Assembly: GCA_964588735.1 (NCBI GenBank) | Contig: CAZPQF010000001.1 | Coordinates: forward strand, 7,273-43,420 | Reading direction: 5' to 3' | Length of the DNA stretch: 36,148 nucleotides | Origin: Candidatus Woesearchaeota archaeon | GTDB lineage: Archaea > Nanobdellota > Nanobdellia > Pacearchaeales > GW2011-AR1 | In this document: piece by piece, positions 24,494 through 31,136 of the stretch | How the letters are laid out: every line of letters begins with the position of its first letter | How positions within the stretch are numbered: position 1 is the stretch's first letter | The notes under the pieces: model-generated | Told to the model about the DNA's origin: nothing | The model's input: only the letters and a program-made list of their open reading frames with translations | Databases searched by the model: none | Made by a program: the position numbers and the translations under genes

Positions 24494-24745
24494 TTATTTT
24501 TTATTTTTTATATTTAATTTATTCTTAATTTTTTCAATATCATCATGTATTTCTCTAATTTTTTTATATCTTTTTCTGGATTGAATAAAATTATATATTA
24601 TCCAAATTAAATATAAAGTTAAAACTCCTCCAATCGCTTTAATCATAGTCAATAAAAAATTTAGTTTATCAGCAATATCTCCAGGCAGATTTCCAACAGT
24701 ATTTGTAATTGTTTCCTCCCCTACCATAAAATTCAATGAAAACAA
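24494..24745 (-). CDS. Small membrane protein, hypothetical
   Basis: 83-aa ORF with one central TM helix and a basic C-terminus. Confidence 0.4.
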   Translation of the reverse strand: MFSLNFMVGEETITNTVGNLPGDIADKLNFLLTMIKAIGGVLTLYLIWIIYNFIQSRKRYKKIREIHDDIEKIKNKLNIKNKK

Positions 24746-24782
24746 ACTTTTTAAATGTCTGCTTGCTTCTAAAATCAGTCAT

Positions 24783-24875
24783 GGCTCTGTAGCTCAGCGT
24801 TAGAGCGCCTGTCTCATGAACAGAGGTGATAATTGAGAGAGCAGGAGGTCGGGAGTTAAACTCTCCTCAGAGCCA
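24783..24875 (+). tRNA. tRNA with CAT anticodon (elongator Met or Ile2) carrying a ~21-nt non-canonical intron (about 24824-24844) at the anticodon-stem/variable-loop junction
   Basis: It reads GGCTCTG-TA-GCTC-AGCGTTA-GAGC-G-CCTGT-CTCATGA-ACAG / AGGTGATAATTGAGAGAGCAG / G-AGGTC-GGGAG-TTAAACT-CTCCT-CAGAGCC-A. Removing the insert gives a perfect CCTGT/ACAGG anticodon stem. The D loop lacks the usual GG and the T loop has A where C56 is expected. Confidence 0.7.
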
Positions 24876-24961
24876 TTTTATTTCCTAAAACATATACCCG
24901 AACATAATTAACTATTTAAGCAATTATTTTTATTTATTATTATAAAAACAGGTATATACAA

Positions 24962-25357
24962 ATGATCTGGGGTTTTGAAAAACACAGAATTGTTTCTTTT
25001 ATTATAACAATCTTAATTGCAATACAGATATATTATCTTTCTTCAATACCAGGACAAGTTGGTGGTATAGGAAATATTTGGATATCAAGAGCCTATCATT
25101 TAGCTATATTTTTTCTATTAACATTTTTTTTATTAACAACAATAAAAGGAATTAAAAATATAAAATTAAGACATATTTTAATTGTGTTAACAATAACTAT
25201 TTTTTATGCTATATTTGATGAAATACATCAAACATTTGTTCCTTACAGACATTGCAGTATAATTGATGTTTTAACAGACAGTGCAGGAATTTTAACAGCA
25301 ATATTATTATATAAATTTTTAGAAATAAAACAGCACGAACATGTTATATCAGCCTAA
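24962..25357 (+). CDS. VanZ-like family membrane protein
   Basis: Four TM segments and the FDEIHQTFVPYRHCSIIDVLTDSAG motif. Confidence 0.7.
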   Translation: MIWGFEKHRIVSFIITILIAIQIYYLSSIPGQVGGIGNIWISRAYHLAIFFLLTFFLLTTIKGIKNIKLRHILIVLTITIFYAIFDEIHQTFVPYRHCSIIDVLTDSAGILTAILLYKFLEIKQHEHVISA

Positions 25358-25702
25358 AATTTTTATATTGTCACCTTTTTTTCTAGGTACAATATGTAAA
25401 TGAATATGATTAATTATCTGTCCTGCAGATTTTCCATTATTAATTATTAAATTAAACCCTTCTGCGTCTTTTTTCAATTTTTTTTCAGCAACTTTTTTTG
25501 CAAGAGAAATCATCTCATCACTTAATGAACTTGGCATATGCATTATATTTTCAAAATGTTTTTTTGAAATAATTAAACTATGCCCATCAATAATTGGATT
25601 TTTATCAGGAATTGCAATAAAATTATCATTCTCTTCAATTATATCTGCTGAAATTTCTTTATTCACAATCCTACAAAATATACAATCATTATCAACAGTC
25701 AT
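25349..25702 (-). CDS. HIT-family (histidine triad) nucleotide hydrolase/transferase
   Basis: CIFCRIV at the N-terminus and the histidine triad HIHLHIVPR. Confidence 0.9.
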   Translation of the reverse strand: MTVDNDCIFCRIVNKEISADIIEENDNFIAIPDKNPIIDGHSLIISKKHFENIMHMPSSLSDEMISLAKKVAEKKLKKDAEGFNLIINNGKSAGQIINHIHLHIVPRKKGDNIKILG

Positions 25703-25941
25703 TTTTTCCTCCTATTAGGGTGATGCTTATTGTTAGTATATACTGCAAAATAATAAATAATTGCACCAATTAAATGAAGAAAAATTAATATAAGAATCCA
25801 AACAACTCTCTGATTTTTATCTTTAAAATCTCTTTTTGCACAATCAATTATCATCCAAATCCTAAATATAAAAATCAAAATAAATAAAGTTAATAATACA
25901 ATAATAAGTGCAAAAATATTGAGAGTTAATGTTTGAATCAT
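25699..25941 (-). CDS. Small membrane protein with a PLD-nuclease N-terminal (PLDc_N)-like domain
   Basis: IIDCAKRDFKDKNQRVVWILILIFLHLIGAIIYYF. Its TGA stop overlaps the HIT gene ATG. Confidence 0.55.
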   Translation of the reverse strand: MIQTLTLNIFALIIVLLTLFILIFIFRIWMIIDCAKRDFKDKNQRVVWILILIFLHLIGAIIYYFAVYTNNKHHPNRRKK

Positions 25942-26086
25942 TAAAAAATAAAGACAAAATTAATTTAAAAACCTTATTATATCAATAAATTATTTTTAAT
26001 CTTGAAAGAATAACACCAATTATTCAAATAACATCCATAGAAATATAATTAAAAATAAGAAAAAAATATAAAAATAAATTACCCAC

Positions 26087-26272
26087 TTATCTTCTCTTTT
26101 TCTTTTTTCTTCTTGAAGATTTCTTTTTCCTAGATTTTTTCCTAGCAGGTTTTTTCTTAACTTTCTTTTTCTTTGCTGCTGCTTTTTTATCTTTCTCTAA
26201 TTTTTTTACTTCTTTTTTAAGCTTTTTAATTGCAGCAGAAAACTGCTTAGGTGTTTTAGGTTTTTTTGCCAT
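26087..26272 (-). CDS. 61-aa extremely lysine/arginine-rich basic protein, hypothetical (possible nucleic-acid binder)
   Basis: MAKKPKTPKQFSAAIKKLKKEVKKLEKDKKAAAKKKKVKKKPARKKSRKKKSSRRKKKKRR. Low complexity, so the coding call is tentative. Confidence 0.4.
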   Translation of the reverse strand: MAKKPKTPKQFSAAIKKLKKEVKKLEKDKKAAAKKKKVKKKPARKKSRKKKSSRRKKKKRR

Positions 26273-26363
26273 TTAATCACCCCTTTATTTAGTTAATAAA
26301 ATAAAGAAAAAATACTTTAAAAACTTTTCTTAAAAAAAATTTTTTAAATTTTTAGAAAAAAAT

Positions 26364-27425
26364 TTATTTTTCTAAAAAAATTGTTTGAGTAGGAAATGCA
26401 AAATCTATTCCCTCTTTTTCTATTAATTCTTTTATTTTTAAATTAATATCTTCCTGAACATCCATATAAACATTATAATCATTTGTATCGACGTAATAAA
26501 CTACTTCGAAAATTAGACTAGAGTCTCCAAATTTTTTAAAATGAACCCTATCCAATTTTGTATGTTTTTCATCATCAATAATTTTTTTAACAATCTTTTT
26601 GATTTTCTTTAATTGCTTAACAGAAGTTTTATATTCAACTCCAAATTCAAAAACAACTCTTCTAGAATTCATTTTTTTATAATTATTAATTCTTGTTGAA
26701 GTTAATTCACTATTAGACATAATTAATTCTTGCCCCCCTAATGCCTGTATTCTTGTAGTTTTAATTCCAATATGTTTAACAACCCCCATATCATTTCCTA
26801 TAATAATAAAATCTCCTTCTTTAAATGGCTTATCAAAATAAATTGCAAATGCAGAAAATAAGTCTCCTAAAATATTTTGTAATGCCAAACCTATTGCAAT
26901 TCCTCCAACACCTAAACCAGCAATTAAAGGAGTAATATTAATTCCAAAATTACTCAACACCATTAATAAAGCAACTGACCAAACAATAAGCTTAATTAAA
27001 AATTTCATAACACCAATCATAGATTCACTTGCATGTTCATCTTTCTTCTTTTTTATTTTTTTATATTCTTCAAAACCTTGATTAGAAATATTAATTAATC
27101 CTTGAGCAGCATAATATGCAATAAAAATCACTAATAAATATTTAAGCACATTAGAAAAAGTTTCTGGAAGAATTAAATACAAACTTGCGATGTAAAATGC
27201 TAAATAAATATAAAATGGCCAATGAATTCTTTCAATAAAATCAATCAATACATCATCCCAAGTAGTTTTAGTTTTTTTACTTGCTTTTTTTAAAAAATAT
27301 ACTAAATAAAAATCAAATAAAGTAAAAATAAGAAATAATCCTAAAAACATCCATAAAGCTGTTAAATAATCTCCAATAGTGTTGGATTCCAAAAAAAATG
27401 CTAATAAGTTATTTAAAAAACTCAT
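26364..27425 (-). CDS. Small-conductance mechanosensitive channel (MscS family)
   Basis: N-terminal TM helices, a pore helix GLGVGGIAIGLALQNILGDLFS, and a beta domain FKEGDFIIIGNDMGVVKHIGIKTTRIQALGGQELIMSNSEL. Confidence 0.85.
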   Translation of the reverse strand: MSFLNNLLAFFLESNTIGDYLTALWMFLGLFLIFTLFDFYLVYFLKKASKKTKTTWDDVLIDFIERIHWPFYIYLAFYIASLYLILPETFSNVLKYLLVIFIAYYAAQGLINISNQGFEEYKKIKKKKDEHASESMIGVMKFLIKLIVWSVALLMVLSNFGINITPLIAGLGVGGIAIGLALQNILGDLFSAFAIYFDKPFKEGDFIIIGNDMGVVKHIGIKTTRIQALGGQELIMSNSELTSTRINNYKKMNSRRVVFEFGVEYKTSVKQLKKIKKIVKKIIDDEKHTKLDRVHFKKFGDSSLIFEVVYYVDTNDYNVYMDVQEDINLKIKELIEKEGIDFAFPTQTIFLEK

Positions 27426-27468
27426 GATTATAAAACTTCTTATTTATTTTTATATGTTTGGGTTAATT

Positions 27469-29283
27469 TTATTTTTTTCTTGTTTTTATTTTTTTTCCAG
27501 CTTTATTAAAATTAATTTCATAATTAATTAATTTACTCATAATTTTTTTTAAATCTTTTATCTTAACTCTTATTTGTTGAGTATTATCACGATTTCTAAT
27601 TGTAACATCTTTATTTTTTATGCTATCACCGTCAATAGTTATGCAATATGGTGTTCCTATTTCATCTTGTCTTGCATATCTTCTTCCAATACTAGAAGAT
27701 TCATCATAATAAACATGAAAATCTTTTTTTAGAGAATTATGAATTTCTCTTGCTAGTTTAACAAATTGTTTTTTATTTTTTACAATAGGCAATACTGCTG
27801 CTTTATAAGGAGCAAGTTTATTTGGAAATTTTAAAACAACATTCTCTCTATTTTCATCATATTCATAAGCTTTAACTAAAGCAGCAAGAAAAACTCTTTC
27901 CATTCCAAAAGTTGGTTCAATAACTCTTGGAATAATATTTCTTCCTGTTTTCTCGTCAAATATTTTTAATTTTTTTCCAGATTCTTTAATATGCTGATTT
28001 AAATCATACTGGCCTCTATTAGCATTTCCAGCAACTTCTTGGCTTCCAAAAGGATATCCATAATCAATATCAAAAGTTGCACTTGAATAATGTGATAATT
28101 CATCTTTTGTATGTTCTCTTATTTTTATTTCTTTTAATCCTAAACTATCAAACCACATAATTTGTTCAGCTAACCAATAAGCATGCCATTCTCCTAATTT
28201 TTTTTGCTTTAACATTTGTTTAATAGTTGTTTCTTTTAATTTTCCTTGATTTCCCGCCCTCTCTTTTAATTGCATCTCTTCATTCAATAAATTTAATTTT
28301 AAATTTAAATGTTTATTAGTTAATAATTCACATTTTTTTTCTTCTGGATGAATAAAATATTCAAACTCTCCAATATGAAACTCTCGACTTCGAAATAAAA
28401 AATCTCTTGGAGAAATTTCATTTCTAAAACATCTTCCAATTTGAGCAATACCAAAAGGCAGTCTCATTCTTGAAGTTTCTGCAATTAATTTAAAATCCAT
28501 AAACATAGCTTGTGCAGTTTCTCCTCTTAAATAAGCTATTAAAGGGTTTAATGCTCCTATACTTGTTTTAAATAATAAATTAAATTCTCCCTGACTTTCA
28601 TAATCTCCTCCGCAATCACATTTTACTTTTCCTAATTCACTTTTATCTATTTTAGTAGATTTTTTACATTTCTTACATTTAACTGCAATATCAGAAAAAC
28701 TTTCAACATGCCCAGAAGCTTTCCATGTTTTTGGATGAGAAATTATTGATGCTTCTATACCAACTAAATCTTCTCTTTGATTTACAAAATAATTCCACCA
28801 TTCTTTTTTAATATTATTAAATAATTCAATACCTAAAGGACCAAAATCCCAAAAACCAGCTAATCCTCCATAAATATCTGATGAACGAAAAACAAATCCC
28901 TTTCGTTTACAAAAATTAGTAAGTTCATCAATATTTAATTTTTGTTTTTTAATAATCTCTGATTCTGGTCTTTCTTCAACTTCCTTATTTTTTTCTTTTT
29001 CTTTTTTATTATCTTCCATATGTTTTTTATTTTTTTCTTTATTTTGTTTTTGTGGTTTTTCTTGTTGAATATTTTCTTTTTTATTATCTTCCATATGTTT
29101 TTTATTTTTCTGTGTTTTTAAATTTTTCATATTTTCCATTATCTCTTTTGCTTTTTTCTCAGCTTTTTTCTGATTTTTACCTAAATAAGCAATTGTCTTT
29201 GCCTTAACTTTTCCATCTTTTCTTACAGAACTTCTTAAATAAAAATAATCTTTATCATGAATTTTTTTCTTAACTATGAACAT
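27469..29283 (-). CDS. glyS: Glycyl-tRNA synthetase (archaeal/eukaryal alpha2 type) with a ~115-aa N-terminal extension
   Basis: The core starts near LNIDELTNFCKRKGFVFRSSDIYGGLAGFWDFGPLG. Further motifs: FRNEISPR, the anticodon-binding end AVLPIV..., RYARQDEIGTPYCITID. The upstream 115 aa are in frame with no stop. Confidence 0.9.
   Translation of the reverse strand: MFIVKKKIHDKDYFYLRSSVRKDGKVKAKTIAYLGKNQKKAEKKAKEIMENMKNLKTQKNKKHMEDNKKENIQQEKPQKQNKEKNKKHMEDNKKEKEKNKEVEERPESEIIKKQKLNIDELTNFCKRKGFVFRSSDIYGGLAGFWDFGPLGIELFNNIKKEWWNYFVNQREDLVGIEASIISHPKTWKASGHVESFSDIAVKCKKCKKSTKIDKSELGKVKCDCGGDYESQGEFNLLFKTSIGALNPLIAYLRGETAQAMFMDFKLIAETSRMRLPFGIAQIGRCFRNEISPRDFLFRSREFHIGEFEYFIHPEEKKCELLTNKHLNLKLNLLNEEMQLKERAGNQGKLKETTIKQMLKQKKLGEWHAYWLAEQIMWFDSLGLKEIKIREHTKDELSHYSSATFDIDYGYPFGSQEVAGNANRGQYDLNQHIKESGKKLKIFDEKTGRNIIPRVIEPTFGMERVFLAALVKAYEYDENRENVVLKFPNKLAPYKAAVLPIVKNKKQFVKLAREIHNSLKKDFHVYYDESSSIGRRYARQDEIGTPYCITIDGDSIKNKDVTIRNRDNTQQIRVKIKDLKKIMSKLINYEINFNKAGKKIKTRKK
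29001..29109. repeat. Perfect 34-nt direct repeat (29001-29034 and 29076-29109, period 75 nt) inside the GlyRS N-terminal extension
   Basis: The sequence cttttttattatcttccatatgttttttattttt occurs twice. It encodes KNKKHMEDNKKE twice. Confidence 0.85.
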
Positions 29284-29452
29284 TTTTTTCTAATTCTCCT
29301 AATTTAATTAATAATCCTATCTCAGATTCTTTTTGACAATTTTTACAATAAGGATGTTCTTTAATATCTGGATCAATACAAGGCAAAAAAACTTCTGCTT
29401 GTTTTCCACATACACAACATTTGTAATCTTTTGCATAAATCTCTTTTAACAT
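29270..29452 (-). CDS. Small CxxC...CxxC zinc-ribbon-like protein, hypothetical
   Basis: 60-aa ORF with CCVCG and CKNC pairs. It overlaps the annotated glyS start by 14 nt. Confidence 0.4.
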   Translation of the reverse strand: MLKEIYAKDYKCCVCGKQAEVFLPCIDPDIKEHPYCKNCQKESEIGLLIKLGELEKNVHS

Positions 29453-29556
29453 AAATAAGTAGGCACTACATATTATTTAAATCTTTTTATTACCCACTAC
29501 CAACATAATTTAACCACTACACAAATAAAAGTAGAAAGAGATTTAGGTACTACCAA

Positions 29557-29970
29557 TTATTCGCCGATAACTTTAACTAAAACTCTTTTTTGTCTTTGCC
29601 CGTCAAATTCTCCATAAAATATCTGCTCCCAAGGACCAAAATCTAAATCATTGTTTGTAATTGCAACAACTGTCTCTCTTCCCATTATAGTTCTCCATAA
29701 ATGAGCATAACCATTATCTTCTCCTGTTTTATGATGTTTATAATCATAGTTTTGAGGAGCTAATTTTTCTAACCATTCTAAAAAATCTTCCTGTAAACCT
29801 AATTCAGCATCATTAATAAAAACACTTGCAGTAATATGCATTGCATTAACAACAACAAATCCTTCTTTAATTTCTGATTTTTTAACAATTTCTCTAACTT
29901 GAGAAGTAATATTAATAAATTCATGCCTTTTCTCTGTTTTAAATTTTAAATATTCTGTATATGTTTTCAT
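29557..29970 (-). CDS. YjbQ/UPF0047-family protein (secondary thiamine-phosphate synthase-like)
   Basis: Motifs seen: [63 protein letters not shown]. Confidence 0.85.
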   Translation of the reverse strand: MKTYTEYLKFKTEKRHEFINITSQVREIVKKSEIKEGFVVVNAMHITASVFINDAELGLQEDFLEWLEKLAPQNYDYKHHKTGEDNGYAHLWRTIMGRETVVAITNNDLDFGPWEQIFYGEFDGQRQKRVLVKVIGE

Positions 29971-29993
29971 TTTTCTTTTTGTTTATAAGATAT

Positions 29994-30263
29994 TTATAAA
30001 TTTTTAAATAAAAACCAAATTCCAAATATAACAACCATAATAATTAACCAAGTCCAAAACATTTTTTTACTTGAGAAAAATCCAATTGGAATAGGCCCAA
30101 TAAACCCTCCAATAGCATATTCTGCTTTGCCTTTTATTCTATCACTACTATTTCCAGCAATAACTGAACCTATGATTAACAATAACATACCAATTAAAAC
30201 AAAAAATAAACCTATAATAATTATTGAATTCTGCATTTTATTTCTGAATTTTATTTTCTTCAT
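29994..30263 (-). CDS. Small membrane protein (DUF131-like), hypothetical
   Basis: Two TM helices flanking GGFIGPIPIGF. An internal ATG at 30236 (MQNSIII) would remove the 26-nt overlap with the MazG-like gene. Confidence 0.45.
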   Translation of the reverse strand: MKKIKFRNKMQNSIIIIGLFFVLIGMLLLIIGSVIAGNSSDRIKGKAEYAIGGFIGPIPIGFFSSKKMFWTWLIIMVVIFGIWFLFKNL

Positions 30264-30615
30264 TCCAGTCTATTTTAGTGTTGTTTCTTTTTGCATTATT
30301 AATTGTAAAACCATTGGGAAATCTTTTTTTTAATTTATCTAAATTTTCATTTAAAATATCTTGTAGATTCCAATTATAAAAATTACATATCATAGCAGCA
30401 TACCATAATGTATCTCCAATATTTTCCCTAATTCCATGTTTTTGATCATTATTATGTGCATATGTTTTTTTAATACATGCTGCAACATCTCCTGCTTCAC
30501 TAGCAATACCCAGCCCCCAAGTTAAAATTTCTTTTTCATCTGTTTCAAATTTCTTAGCAGTCTTTCTGCATAATTCTTGATACTCTTTTAAATTATTTGG
30601 TTTTTCTTCTTCCAT
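30238..30615 (-). CDS. MazG-like nucleoside-triphosphate pyrophosphohydrolase
   Basis: GLGIASEAGDVAACIKK...RENIGDTLWYAAMICNFYNWNL shows the EAG(D/E) and (E/D)xxGDxLWY helices of the all-alpha NTP-PPase fold. Confidence 0.8.
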   Translation of the reverse strand: MEEEKPNNLKEYQELCRKTAKKFETDEKEILTWGLGIASEAGDVAACIKKTYAHNNDQKHGIRENIGDTLWYAAMICNFYNWNLQDILNENLDKLKKRFPNGFTINNAKRNNTKIDWNEENKIQK

Positions 30616-30691
30616 CTTATCAAATTGTGTTATTTATTAATTTTAATTTTAATTTTGTCAATCTTAAGCCTAATTCAAAGGAAGTTGAACA

Positions 30692-30835
30692 AGCGCAGGG
30701 TGGGACTCGAACCCACGAAAAGTTGGTATTTGCTCAACTCACCCATGAGGTAATCTCTAGGGAGGTTGACGGTTAAGGAACCGTTAGGTGCCTTACCTCT
30801 GCAACCAACCGCAGTAGCCGCTGTGCCACCTGCGC
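30692..30835 (-). tRNA. tRNA-Cys(GCA) with a ~71-nt intron at the canonical 37/38 position (about 30728-30798)
   Basis: The reverse strand reads GCGCAGG-TG-GCAC-AGCGGCTA-CTGC-G-GTTGG-TTGCAG / insert / A-CCAAC-TTTTC-GTGGG-TTCGAGT-CCCAC-CCTGCGC-T. The discriminator is U73, as expected for Cys. A TTTTAAATA box lies at -32..-24. Confidence 0.8.
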
Positions 30836-30882
30836 ATAAATATTCAAAAAACAAATGTTATTTAAAATGTTTGGTGAGGCAT

Positions 30883-30958
30883 AGTAGCCGCCGAGCATTT
30901 GCACGAGACAAAATTAAATTAATAACGAGTGTAAGTGGGAGATGTGCCACCTGCGCAT
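30883..30958 (-). other. Partial paralog of the tRNA-Cys 5' end (acceptor 5' strand plus D arm) split by a 51-nt insertion
   Basis: The 16-nt exact repeat tgtgccacctgcgcat occurs at 30822-30837 and 30943-30958. The D-loop block agtagccgc occurs at 30813-30821 and 30883-30891. No anticodon or T arm follows. Confidence 0.55.
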
Positions 30959-30974
30959 TTTTGTTTTTTAAACA

Positions 30975-31085
30975 TGGACCCGACAGGATTTGAACCTGCG
31001 ACTTCTAGCTTTCCTCATCTTCTCCATTATTAAAGAGGAGAGGTTGTAGAAGGCTAGCGCTCTATCCAAGCTGAGCTACGGATCC
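30975..31085 (-). tRNA. tRNA-Arg(TCT) with a ~36-nt intron at the canonical 37/38 position (about 31011-31046)
   Basis: The reverse strand reads GGATCCG-TA-GCTC-AGCTTGGATA-GAGC-G-CTAGC-CTTCTA / insert / A-GCTAG-AAGTC-GCAGG-TTCAAAT-CCTGT-CGGGTCC-A. Confidence 0.85.
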
Positions 31086-31136
31086 ATAACTATTTCCTTC
31101 TTAAAACTACATAGAAGAATTATTTAAAAAGCTTTT

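Noticed and set aside
21921-24903. The shared 10-mer ATACCCGAAC at 21921-21930 and 24894-24903, both upstream of plus-strand genes.
   Set aside because: It is a single 10-nt match with different spacing to the downstream ATGs (46 versus 68 nt). That is not enough to distinguish it from chance.
12703-29109. Direct repeats in the TFE tail (12703-12792) and the GlyRS extension (29001-29109) as CRISPR-like or satellite arrays.
   Set aside because: There are only two copies each. They lie inside continuous ORFs and encode duplicated lysine-rich peptide units. There is no repeat-spacer architecture.
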